A stretch of 64,000 bases of DNA from Chryseolinea sp. GTDB taxonomy: Bacteria > Bacteroidota > Bacteroidia > Cytophagales > Cyclobacteriaceae. Position numbers and translations under genes: made by a program. Position 1 is the first letter of the stretch. Each line of letters begins with the position of its first letter. This document shows, in pieces, positions 40,152-49,739 of this stretch. The stretch is taken from assembly GCA_046595655.1 (NCBI GenBank), contig JBKJOF010000181.1:39374-103373 (forward strand). The letters run 5' to 3'. The notes beneath the pieces are model-generated. The model searched no databases, was not told the DNA's origin, and was given only the letters and a program-made list of their open reading frames with translations.

Positions 40152-41047
40152 CAGCGCATCAACGTGTTACGTACCTTTAAAAAATCGCGCAAGGTTTTTT
40201 CGAATGGATCACTCATCAACACGAGCTGATAGCTGATATGTTTCTCCAACATCCACATACGTGTTTGTTTCAGCCAGCTTGAAATCCTTTCGGCATAGAC
40301 CTTCTGCTGAAGGGCAGTATCAACCTTCACCTGACTTTTGTTCTCCAGATCTTCAAACGAAAATGATCCGTTATAACTAAGTTCCATTTCCTGTTTGCCG
40401 ATAATATGAAAGACTATTACTTCGTTGCGTGGAGTTTTCAATCGTGAAATAAAATTCAGTAGATCGTTGTCGTCATCATACATATCGGTAAGAAAAATGA
40501 TGAGTTCTTTTCCGTGATGATCAAACAATTGTTCAAGACCATTATCTTTTTTCCAAGTACCTTCGCTTGTTACATTCACCAAAGCGTTAAGAAACCGAAT
40601 GAATTGCTGTTGTTCAAATCGCGGTTGAATAGTAGAAATACTTTTATTATTAACCGTGAAGAGTCCGAAGGTATCACTTTGCTTTCGCGTGAGGTAGGCG
40701 AGAGCTGCGATCACTACTTTGGCATATTGCAATTTGCTCATCTTGTCCTCAGCATAACTCATCGAGTTGCTGGCATCAAGCATAAACTTCACGGTGATGT
40801 TTGTTTCAATTGCAGCTTGCTTAATGTAATAACGCTCCGAGCGCGCATACATTTTCCAATCGAGTTGGCGTAAGTCATCACCCGGTTCATAACTTCTATA
40901 CTGACTAAATTCCTGGCCAGCACCTACAGCCTGACTTTTATTACTGCCACTCATAAATCCTTCCACAGTAATGCGCGCCAGTAATTCAAGACCACTTACG
41001 GAATTTAAAATTTCAGGTTTTAGTAAGTCTTTGAGTTGGCTGTTCAC
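40151..41047 (-). CDS. DUF58-family vWA-like protein
   Basis: EFSQYRSYEPGDDLRQLDWK and MIDAS-like LDASNS. Confidence 0.92.
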   Translation of the reverse strand: MNSQLKDLLKPEILNSVSGLELLARITVEGFMSGSNKSQAVGAGQEFSQYRSYEPGDDLRQLDWKMYARSERYYIKQAAIETNITVKFMLDASNSMSYAEDKMSKLQYAKVVIAALAYLTRKQSDTFGLFTVNNKSISTIQPRFEQQQFIRFLNALVNVTSEGTWKKDNGLEQLFDHHGKELIIFLTDMYDDDNDLLNFISRLKTPRNEVIVFHIIGKQEMELSYNGSFSFEDLENKSQVKVDTALQQKVYAERISSWLKQTRMWMLEKHISYQLVLMSDPFEKTLRDFLKVRNTLMR

Positions 41048-41071
41048 AATCTTTTGTAGTCAGGTTTAAGT

Positions 41072-42082
41072 TTAAAGATTGGACTTGGTGGTGGTAGCAA
41101 GTTTTAATAATTGTTCCGTAACCTGATCGGACGTTACACCTTCTGCTTCCGCTTTGAAGTTCATTAGAATGCGATGCCGTAAAACCGGAAAGGCAACGTG
41201 TTGAATATCATTTTGTGTAACCGAGAAATTTCCGAGTAGCAACGCACGCGCTTTTGCCGTGAGAATCATTGCTTGTCCGGCACGTGGCCCGGCTCCCCAT
41301 CTTACCCACTCGTTTACAAACTTCACATCGCTTTCACCTGGGCGAGTAGAGCGAACGATTTGACTCACCATGTTAATCAGATCGGGGCTGATGTGTACAT
41401 CGCGCACAAGACGCTGAGCTTCCTGAATAGTGGTTCCTTCAATTACCTTATTTATTGTATGCGTTTTTCTTCCTGTAGTATTCTCGAGAATGGAACGCTC
41501 CTCTTCAGCTGTTGGATATTTTATTTTAATGAACAGCAAGAACCGATCAAGTTGTGCTTCGGGCAATGGAAAAGTTCCGGCTTGCTCAATTGGATTTTGT
41601 GTGGCGAGAATGAAGAACGGTTTATCCAACGGATAGGTAACACCGGCATACGTCACTTCAAACTCCTGCATTGCTTCAAGTAGTGCTGCTTGTGTTTTTG
41701 GTGATGTACGGTTAATCTCATCCGCCAGAATAATATTGGAAAACACAGGGCCTTTATTGAATTTAAAAAAACGTTTGCCTGTGGTGTGATCTTCTTCCAG
41801 AATTTCTGTACCGATAATATCCGATGGCATTAAGTCTGGCGTAAATTGTATTCTGCGAAAACGAAGATCGATAGCATCGGCCAGCGTTCGAATCATCAAC
41901 GTTTTGGCAAGACCTGGAACACCTTCAAGCAACGCATGCCCGCCCGCAAGAAATGTGATGAGTAATTGATCGATCGTTTCTTCCTGCCCGATAATTACTT
42001 TTTTTATTTCGCCCTTCAGTGCGTTCAGTTTCGCTATCACATCTTTCACCGATTGCTCAACCACTTTCAAATCTTCTTTCAT
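41072..42082 (-). CDS. MoxR-family AAA+ ATPase
   Basis: LEGVPGLAKT, RIQFTPDLMPSDI, ADEINR, ATQNPIE, LPEAQLDRF, GAGPRA. Confidence 0.95.
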   Translation of the reverse strand: MKEDLKVVEQSVKDVIAKLNALKGEIKKVIIGQEETIDQLLITFLAGGHALLEGVPGLAKTLMIRTLADAIDLRFRRIQFTPDLMPSDIIGTEILEEDHTTGKRFFKFNKGPVFSNIILADEINRTSPKTQAALLEAMQEFEVTYAGVTYPLDKPFFILATQNPIEQAGTFPLPEAQLDRFLLFIKIKYPTAEEERSILENTTGRKTHTINKVIEGTTIQEAQRLVRDVHISPDLINMVSQIVRSTRPGESDVKFVNEWVRWGAGPRAGQAMILTAKARALLLGNFSVTQNDIQHVAFPVLRHRILMNFKAEAEGVTSDQVTEQLLKLATTTKSNL

Positions 42083-42200
42083 ATTCTAACGCTATAAAAT
42101 GTTTTGTCTCAAAACTCCACTGTCCTTCTCCTCAAGGAGAGGGTGACTATCAATTTAAGTTTTCTGCTATGATCATTAAGTTTTCTACCCTTAACCCTTC

Positions 42201-42240
42201 CAACCTCAAACCTTGAACTTGGAACTTTGAACCTCGAACC
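42201..42240. repeat. Degenerate heptamer tandem array
   Basis: caacctc aaacctt gaacttg gaacttt gaacctc gaacc, directly after the DUF4159 stop. Confidence 0.7.
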
Positions 42241-42864
42241 TCACCTCATCAAAGCATACATCACAATATTTACACTAAACTTTGTGTTATCAATTTTATA
42301 AAATCGTTTGTTTCGAAAATCATAATCCCACTCGCAGCCGTAGTCTTTGTTGCTGTAGAGTACTCCAATTCTTCCGTTGATTTCGATGGCCTTCAAGTAA
42401 TCGTGAACGATGTCATCGCCCCACCCATTTAACTCTTGCGAGGTGGTGGGTGGTCCATCGAAGTGAAAGAACATGGAGTAGAGCGGATGATTGTTGGGTA
42501 TCTTCTTCAACGCAGTTGCTCCAAATATGCGTTCCATTTGCGACTCAAACGATTTTGAAAAGAGCCCATCAATATCGTGGTTGCAATCATCCACAAACAC
42601 AAAGCCTCCGTTGCGTACATACTTCTCGAAGTTGGCGCGCTCCTGCTGAGTAAACTCCACCAATTTATGGCCGCTGAGGTAGCAGAAGGGGCAGTGAAAA
42701 ATATCATCACTGCTCAGGGCTACAATGTTTTCCTGAGTATCTACAGGAAGGGTAGTGTATTCAATGAGCGAGTTGAGCAAGTTTACCGGCATGCGCTGAT
42801 CAACATCCCAATCTCCCGATTCGTATTGAAGGCGTGTAAAGAAGAACTTGTCCGCTGGGTTCAT
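42241..42864 (-). CDS. DUF4159-family protein
   Basis: FTRLQYESGDWD, YLSGH, YVRNGGFVFVDDCN, KDYGCEW. Confidence 0.9.
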   Translation of the reverse strand: MNPADKFFFTRLQYESGDWDVDQRMPVNLLNSLIEYTTLPVDTQENIVALSSDDIFHCPFCYLSGHKLVEFTQQERANFEKYVRNGGFVFVDDCNHDIDGLFSKSFESQMERIFGATALKKIPNNHPLYSMFFHFDGPPTTSQELNGWGDDIVHDYLKAIEINGRIGVLYSNKDYGCEWDYDFRNKRFYKIDNTKFSVNIVMYALMR

Positions 42865-43211
42865 AAACTAACCTGTAATTTCCATTTTTTAATGACAATG
42901 TTGGAGCGGAATTATACGAGCGGACAGAGTAGGGCATGGAAACTATCGATGAAATCGAGTGCGAAATTATAGCAACTTATCTAAAATGTTAATCTTGCTA
43001 CGTTAAGGGACGGCATACCTTTCGATGATGACGCTGACGGAAGCACACGGAGTAATGAAGTTGTTATAAGTGAGAAGAAGTAAAATGCGTGATATAAAGG
43101 GTTAGAATGGCAGCACAGATGGGAATGGATCTCGCTATAATGCACAGACTTCCAATCCTCCGCACTGACTATCCATTTAACCTGTGTTGTCAACTTGAAT
43201 TGCCAATACAT

Positions 43212-43240
43212 AAAAGAGGCAGGAAAACCCTGCCTCTTTT
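43212..43240 (-). terminator. Intrinsic terminator after the NHL genes
   Basis: aaaagaggcagg-aaaac-cctgcctctttt (+ strand text). Confidence 0.75.
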
Positions 43241-43323
43241 TGTGTCTATTATTGCTAATGATGATTTTAATTCTTCGCCAGTATCTCGTTTATATTTTTG
43301 CTGTACTGGCTGAAGGCTTACTA

Positions 43324-44280
43324 TTATTGTGTTATCTTTTTTATTTTATTATTCCATGTATCAGCAACATAAACATTGCCGGAATTATCAACGGCTAGCC
43401 CATAGGGATTAAAAAAATCAATCCCGTCACCTTCAGTGCTTCCTGCTAACGTACTTACGACCCCTGAAGTACTGATCTTTTTTATTTTATTATTATATGT
43501 ATCAGCGACATAGACATTACCGTCTTTATCAACAGCTACACCACGGGGGCTATTAAACTTATCCCCGTCACCTTGTGTGCTCCCTGCAAGCGTACTTATA
43601 ACCCCATTAGCGGTTATTTTTTGTATTATAAAATTACCAAGTTCTGCAACATAGACATTGCCGGCATTATCAACGGCTACTCCAGTGGGAAAATTAAATT
43701 CATTACCGTTACTCCCGGCAAGTGTACTAACAACCCCTGATGGAGTGATTTTTTTTATCTTATGATTGCCATAATCAGCAACATACACGTTGTCCGCATT
43801 ATCAACGGCTACACCCTCTGGAAAATTAAACTTATCCCCATCACCTTCTATGCTTCCGGCAAGTGTACTTACAACCCCTGATGGAGTGATTTTTTTAATC
43901 TTATGATTAAAGAAATCAGCAACATAGACATTGCCGTCTTTATCAACGGCTACACCCTCGGGAGAATTAAACTTATCCCCATCACCTTGTGTACTGCCTG
44001 CAAGTGTACTTACAACTCCGGATGTGGTGATTTTTTTTATTTTATCATTATTTGTATCAGCTACATAAACATTACCGTCTTTATCAACGGCTACTCCAGA
44101 AGGTCTATAAAAATTTTCCCCGTCACCTTCTGTACTTCCTGCAAAGGTGGTCACACCTGCCGTAACCGGAGACGGTGTGTTTTCACTTTTATCGTCAGAG
44201 CAAGAAGCGATGAAAATAAGGGATAATGAAATCAGGGTGCAAAACGCGGATCTCGAAAAAGACATTAAACTTTTTTTCAT
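43324..44280 (-). CDS. NHL-repeat beta-propeller lipoprotein 1
   Basis: Lipobox FIASC; six ~47-aa repeats of P.GVAVDKDGNVYVAD..N.KIKKI. Confidence 0.9.
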   Translation of the reverse strand: MKKSLMSFSRSAFCTLISLSLIFIASCSDDKSENTPSPVTAGVTTFAGSTEGDGENFYRPSGVAVDKDGNVYVADTNNDKIKKITTSGVVSTLAGSTQGDGDKFNSPEGVAVDKDGNVYVADFFNHKIKKITPSGVVSTLAGSIEGDGDKFNFPEGVAVDNADNVYVADYGNHKIKKITPSGVVSTLAGSNGNEFNFPTGVAVDNAGNVYVAELGNFIIQKITANGVISTLAGSTQGDGDKFNSPRGVAVDKDGNVYVADTYNNKIKKISTSGVVSTLAGSTEGDGIDFFNPYGLAVDNSGNVYVADTWNNKIKKITQ

Positions 44281-44588
44281 TTTTAAATTATTTGATTTTA
44301 TACTTTGTTATAAAATTATTTATCTTCACATACTTCCTCTCTACTCACTGGGTCACCATTTAATCTGATCGAATCGACTTGTATTCAATACATAGAAGGG
44401 GTTGGAAAACCCGCCACCTCTTTGATTAATGTAGTCTTGAAACGTCATTTTTGCTTCACCAGAATACCGGAATATTTTGCGATGCTTTTATGAAGAGCTG
44501 GTTTTAAAATTTTTATTTTTGTATGATTTTTTTTCTTTGATGATGGTTTTCAGCTACATACACATGACGAAATGCTAGCCTTGCCATA

Positions 44589-45509
44589 TTATTGATCTAA
44601 CGTTTTTATTAGGTCGTAAAAAAGATCAGCCACATATACAGTTCCGTCTTTACTAACGGCGATACCTACTATCGTTGCACCGCTTGTGCTTCTTGCGTAC
44701 TCACTTACAAACCCGGACGAAGAGATTTTTTTAATGATATCATTATAATCAGAAACATATACATTGCCGTCTTCATCAACCGCTATCCCTTGGGGTGCAT
44801 TAAATTGGAGTCCGTCACCTTTTGTTCCCGCAAGAGTACTTACAATACCAGAAGGAGTAATTTTTTTTATTTTATTATTTCCTGCATCCGTAACGTACAC
44901 ATTGCCTTCCTTATCAATTGCTACATCATGAGGATCTGTAAACTTATCTCCATCGCCCTCACTGCTTCCTGCAAACGTACTTACAGTTCCAGAAGGAGTA
45001 ATTTTTTTTATTTTATTATTCTTTGAATCAGCAACATACACATTGCCGTCTTTATCAACGGCTATCCCATTGGGATAATTAAACTTATCACCGTCACCTT
45101 CTGTGCTTCCTGCTAGCGTACTGACCAAACCGGAAGGAGTAATTTTTTTTATTTTATGATTGTATGTATCAGTAACATACACATTGCCTTCTTTATCAAC
45201 GGCTACCCCGAAGGGAAATTCAAACTTATCCCCATCACCGTTTGTGCTACCCGCAAGCGTGGTTACCACTCCAGAAGAGATTTTTTTTATTTTATGATTA
45301 CGTGTATCGGCTACATATACATTGCAGGCGTCATCTACCTCCACGCCATAGGGATCAAAAAAACCTACTTCAGACGACATGGAGCCACATGGCGAACCCG
45401 AAGTTGGTCCATTTTCATTTTTATCAGAACATGACGTGATGAAAATGAGGAACAGCCCCATCAAGGTGCAAAATCCATATTTTAAAAAAGAGCTCAAACT
45501 TGTTTTCAT
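44589..45509 (-). CDS. NHL-repeat beta-propeller lipoprotein 2 (tandem paralog)
   Basis: Lipobox FITSC, the same repeat unit, and a near-identical 5' leader to paralog 1. Confidence 0.9.
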   Translation of the reverse strand: MKTSLSSFLKYGFCTLMGLFLIFITSCSDKNENGPTSGSPCGSMSSEVGFFDPYGVEVDDACNVYVADTRNHKIKKISSGVVTTLAGSTNGDGDKFEFPFGVAVDKEGNVYVTDTYNHKIKKITPSGLVSTLAGSTEGDGDKFNYPNGIAVDKDGNVYVADSKNNKIKKITPSGTVSTFAGSSEGDGDKFTDPHDVAIDKEGNVYVTDAGNNKIKKITPSGIVSTLAGTKGDGLQFNAPQGIAVDEDGNVYVSDYNDIIKKISSSGFVSEYARSTSGATIVGIAVSKDGTVYVADLFYDLIKTLDQ

Positions 45510-45576
45510 TTTTATATTATTTGATTTTATACTTTGTTATAATACTATTTGTCTTCATCGAATTCCAACTTCTGAA

Positions 45577-45690
45577 TCAATAGCAATTGATTTTTCTTAT
45601 TTTCTTATTTTGTGTGTCAGCAACATAAACGTTACGTCTTTCTCAACGGCTAGTTCAATGAGATCATCAAACTTATCCCATCACCTGCTG
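45577..45690 (-). pseudogene. Frameshifted single NHL-repeat remnant
   Basis: Restoring two single-base gaps gives GDGDKFDDLIELAVEKDGNVYVADTQNKKIRKINCY*. Confidence 0.6.
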
Positions 45691-45754
45691 CAATCTGCAG
45701 GTATTCCTCTTGTTAAGCTGACCATTGGGTAACTTTAGTTATGTAATAAATCTG

Positions 45755-46393
45755 TTATTTTAAAAAAGAGAAGCTGTCTAATCTACCAGTATCTTGACCC
45801 GATCGGAATTCTCCTCTAATCCTTAATTTCACGATGTTAGAAAGTGCGGCTTTGATCTGATCATTACTAACAGGCTGTCCAGTAAGATCGACCCACTCCG
45901 CTGATTCATCCAACCGAACATCATACTTAATCCATTCTACATTCGGAAACGTACCGGTTGGGTAGTGATAAATGATAGCCTCATTATTAGCAGTTTCAAT
46001 AATGATATCATCGGCATCAAACTGGCTGTCGATACTGCTTTGTCTAAGATAGTATTGCAGTACCCCTCCAAAATATTCTGATTTATTCCCGCGGTATTTA
46101 GAAGGAGCGACAAAGTACCATACACCGCCAGCTACGTCATCTACCGCAAAGATATGGCCTGAATTATCTACACCATCAGCAGATGAAAATTCTGGGTTGA
46201 TATCTGTTACCTGGCCACCATTGGCATCGCCTTCTATCTTCCATTCATCATTGCCACTATCAAAGTCAGAATTGATTGCTGGCACCTTTACAATAACCTG
46301 CTCATCGTCCTTGCCACACGATGCGATCGCTAAGACCATAATAAGGATAAGTGATTTTGGAAAAAAAGCATTCGTTTTGTTTTTAATTTTCAT
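45755..46393 (-). CDS. Lipoprotein with laminin B (domain IV)-like domain
   Basis: Lipobox AIASC followed by GKDDE; WYFVAPSKYRGNKSEYFGGVLQY, DDIII and LSNIVKLRIRGEF. Confidence 0.75.
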   Translation of the reverse strand: MKIKNKTNAFFPKSLILIMVLAIASCGKDDEQVIVKVPAINSDFDSGNDEWKIEGDANGGQVTDINPEFSSADGVDNSGHIFAVDDVAGGVWYFVAPSKYRGNKSEYFGGVLQYYLRQSSIDSQFDADDIIIETANNEAIIYHYPTGTFPNVEWIKYDVRLDESAEWVDLTGQPVSNDQIKAALSNIVKLRIRGEFRSGQDTGRLDSFSFLK

Positions 46394-46568
46394 TTCTTAA
46401 ATTAATTTATTTAACCAATGCTCTATACTTTAATAAGAAGTATGTAAAAATCAAGTGTGTAAAATTCTCAAGCATAAGGCTTGTGCGCAATAGCTTTTAG
46501 GTATTAGCCGAATGCATTTTAATATTCATTCCAGAGTTTGAATAAATAGCAATAGAGTTTGCAATTAA

Positions 46569-47264
46569 TTAGTTAACACCGATAGGGAAACCAACTGAAA
46601 GTTGTAGCGCTCTGTTTTGAAATGCGTAAGATCCTTCGAATGATTTTGGTTTATCATTCAAGTTAGAAAGGCCTAATCCATATCGAAGATCAATCACCAC
46701 AGGACCTACTTTAATACCCGCTCCTAATTGCACACCAAGATCAAATGCATTATCATAATAGAAATTATCACCGTCATTATTATCTGGCTCTTTACCAAAT
46801 TTAACCTTGCTGGTTTCAGATTCCGTCACACCGAAGGTGCTTACCTCCGACTCGAAGTTACCCCCGATACCATAGCTAAAGGACGGGCCGGCATTAATAT
46901 AAAAGTTATTAAACTTCATCTTAAACATGATAGGCAACTCCAAATAGTTTAATCTAATATTGGCTTTATTTTCTACGTCAGAAGCAACTCTAGCCTCCTC
47001 AAAATAATAGGATTCTTCAACCTTGTACCCTTTCTGAATGAATAATAGCTCGGGCTGTAAAGTAAATTTTTCAGAAATCTTTAGTTCCAATCCTGCACCA
47101 AACACAAAGCCAATTTTTGAACTGACACTAACATCATCACTTTTAAGATCTTTACTTTGATGAATGGTGGAGAGAACAACACCCGCCTTCGGAATAAATG
47201 TAATCTGAGAAAAACCTGCCAACGCACTGACTGTGAGGATCACGCTTAAAATTGTCTTTTTCAT
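46569..47264 (-). CDS. PorT-like outer-membrane beta-barrel (porin family)
   Basis: Signal peptide; FTLQPELLFIQKG, LNYLELPI, FYINAGP, DLRYGLGL. Confidence 0.88.
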   Translation of the reverse strand: MKKTILSVILTVSALAGFSQITFIPKAGVVLSTIHQSKDLKSDDVSVSSKIGFVFGAGLELKISEKFTLQPELLFIQKGYKVEESYYFEEARVASDVENKANIRLNYLELPIMFKMKFNNFYINAGPSFSYGIGGNFESEVSTFGVTESETSKVKFGKEPDNNDGDNFYYDNAFDLGVQLGAGIKVGPVVIDLRYGLGLSNLNDKPKSFEGSYAFQNRALQLSVGFPIGVN

Positions 47265-47639
47265 GTTTGTTATTGATTAGTTATTAGGAATGTTTTGTTA
47301 AAATGTTTGGCGAATACCACGTTAAGCATATGAGCACTATGCGGAAAATAAATTTCATTCACGTCCACTGTTCATTTTATTGTTGCTTAGATTCAATTGA
47401 TAATTTTCTTTGAATAAATAAAAACAGACAATTATATTTCTGCAGAAGATGATGCAAAGCTTTTCCTTATACTATGTAATAAAGCGTTGTTAAAATCGCT
47501 GGTGTAAAACTCTCAAGTATATGACTGGGGCGCAATACCTTACTCTAGGTATATTATATACCTGATTTACGGTATATGATATCAGCTTATTTTTTATCTA
47601 CATTATAAAAAAAGGAAATTGATTAAAGTAGCGGTTATT

Positions 47640-47900
47640 ATGACCAGGCAACTAAAAAACATCACTTTCTTAATGCTAGTTATTTTAGGCTCCTCCTGCG
47701 TTGACTCTAGGTTAAAACCTTCATCATCTCGAAAATTAATTAAAGAGTCACACTATGTTTATGACACTGATGAATTGCTAAAAGAAATAAATTACTGCTA
47801 CGATAATGATGGTAAATTATTAAAAGAGACATCTATTTTCGTTCATGCTGTTTTACGCACAAGCCGTAATCCGAAAATCTGGAAGACAAGACCGAGCTGA
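47640..47900 (+). pseudogene. Truncated lipoprotein with YD-like residues, fused to unrelated sequence
   Basis: Lipobox LGSSC and YVYD...YCYDNDGKL; base composition shifts abruptly near 47830 and a stop follows. Confidence 0.4.
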
Positions 47901-48120
47901 TCTTCTTTAGAAAAACAAGATGGCAATCTAACGCAGGCGTGTAAGGAAGAACTTGCCGGTTGGGTAACTCTACTGCACGTTCTGTTTTGCAGTTCCGATC
48001 AGCAAGGAATGACACCTATATTTCTGGCTAATCTTAGATTACTATAAAAAATTAGCCAATTTAGGGGGCGGATTAGCTTAGCGAATAATGCGTTTAGAAA
48101 CCTTAACGATAGAACACAAA

Positions 48121-49311
48121 ATGAAAAAAATAGGATACTTATCTAATCTAACTCCACTAAGAGGTATAGCGGCATTACTAACGGTTATCTATCACATTGA
48201 CCTGATGATAGGTCATGGTGGCGGCATGTTGCTAAAATTTAATGACACACTTGTGCTTACTCGAATGTATCTAATGGTAGATTTTTTCTTTATTTTAAGT
48301 GGCTTTATTATGTGCCATGTTTACGGAGAATTATTTACTAATTCTGTAAAACTTAGCGATTTTAAAAAATTCACCATTGCTCGCTTTGCAAGAGTGTACC
48401 CTTTGCATTTTGTAACATTAGCATACACCATCGTACTTTTGTTTGTTTCTGCAAAAGTGGGTGTACCCAAAAACATTATTCTAGAAGTTGAAAATAACAC
48501 GAGTTCAATTTTCACCAATCTATTTCTACTTCATTCAATGAATTTGCACCAGTGGTTTACGTGGGTGCATGCTTCATGGTCTATCAGTGTAGAATGGTGG
48601 GCTTACATGTTGTTTCCTTTTCTGGTGGCACCTTTCAGTCGCCTAAATTCTATTGGTAAGATTATCATTTCCGCACTTTGCATTTTAGGTTATTTAGCAA
48701 TTATGTTTTACTTGATCCCACTTGTTAAAATATCGCCAGCACTCATGGCAATTTTTGGAAGCGAGGGTGGGCCGGGGGTCGGAGATAGCTTAAATGTATC
48801 TTTTCAATTTGGGTATGTGCGTTGCCTATGTGGCTTTATACTTGGCATGATGATGTATCAGGGATTTAAGACTGAATGGGGGAAAGGCTTACTTGGAAAC
48901 GGCTACGCTATTATAATATTAACGTTATGTAGTTTTATCTGCATGCACTTTGCTCTACCCGATGTTTTCACTGTCGCTTTTTTTCCGTTCATATTGCTTT
49001 CGGGTGCTTATGGCAGTGTAGGTATGAACAAATTCTTTAGCACTGCTGCCCTGCAGCGATTGGGGGACTGGTCTTTTTCTCTCTACCTAGTGCACCAGCC
49101 CATATTGTTCACAATCAATAAAATAATGGCTTACCTCAATCCTATTGACCCTGCCAAGCCCCGAATGGGACCACCCCCTCAGCCAGATATGCTAACGGGG
49201 TGGATAATCTGTTTTGGTATTGTTGCATTAGCGTTATGCATATCCTACTTAACTTTCGTTTTTATAGAAAGGCCAGCAAGAAAAATGATAAACCCTACAG
49301 CAACGAGTTGA
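48121..49311 (+). CDS. Acyltransferase family 3 (OafA/OatA-like membrane O-acyltransferase)
   Basis: LTPLRGIAA, VDFFFILSGF, RFARVYPLH, WSISVEW, LGDWSFSLYLVH. Alternative ATG at 48088. Confidence 0.92.
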   Translation: MKKIGYLSNLTPLRGIAALLTVIYHIDLMIGHGGGMLLKFNDTLVLTRMYLMVDFFFILSGFIMCHVYGELFTNSVKLSDFKKFTIARFARVYPLHFVTLAYTIVLLFVSAKVGVPKNIILEVENNTSSIFTNLFLLHSMNLHQWFTWVHASWSISVEWWAYMLFPFLVAPFSRLNSIGKIIISALCILGYLAIMFYLIPLVKISPALMAIFGSEGGPGVGDSLNVSFQFGYVRCLCGFILGMMMYQGFKTEWGKGLLGNGYAIIILTLCSFICMHFALPDVFTVAFFPFILLSGAYGSVGMNKFFSTAALQRLGDWSFSLYLVHQPILFTINKIMAYLNPIDPAKPRMGPPPQPDMLTGWIICFGIVALALCISYLTFVFIERPARKMINPTATS

Positions 49312-49395
49312 ACACGTTTAGAAACGTTAACAATAAAGATAACCGGTATTCGATGGTTTAGAAAGACGCAGTGAACCAGAGGATGGAAACACCGT

Positions 49396-49469
49396 TGCGA
49401 CAAAAGCCGATGATTTTTTACGAATGCTAATTTAGGTCTATGAAAAAATCAATTGCTATTGTAGGCAGC
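49396..49469 (+). repeat. Orphan duplicate of the flavoprotein gene leader and first 10 codons
   Basis: 74-nt ungapped match to 50688-50761, 65/74 identical by hand count; both encode MKKSIAIVGS. Confidence 0.85.
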
Positions 49470-49739
49470 CCGACCTTCGTTGGTATTCTTTGACTTTGTT
49501 GGTGTTCTCGCCAACAAACTGCTTAACACAAAATCCAATTTTTTAGTCGCTGTGGCAGTTATCCAATTAGGAAATTCAGCATGCGTGTTGATAAACAACG
49601 TGAGAAGAATATTATACTAATCACATAGATTGACACTCCTCTCGCAAAGTTCGTAAACATCGTTTCGCAGCTATTCGAGTTACTCATAGAGTGTAAAATA
49701 ACTTTTCGGATTGTATAAATTTATTGGTCCCAATCGTTA

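Noticed and set aside
42981-43211. 76-aa His/Cys-rich ORF upstream of DUF4159 as a metal-sensing leader
   Set aside because: Its ATG directly abuts the T-tract of the NHL terminator, it has no recognisable promoter or homology, and it ends more than 100 bp from DUF4159.
44370-44480. 31-codon ORF MTFQDYINQRGGGFSNPFYVLNTSRFDQIKW between the NHL genes
   Set aside because: It is plausible-looking but short, with no motif or initiation evidence to support it.
43324-45509. Regular DNA repeats resembling a CRISPR array
   Set aside because: The repeats are 141-nt in-frame coding units without unique spacers, and no cas genes are present.
47830-47900. IFVHAVLRT as the start of an IS200/RAYT transposase
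   Set aside because: The resemblance is limited to a few residues, and there is no HuH motif, Tyr helix or flanking hairpin.
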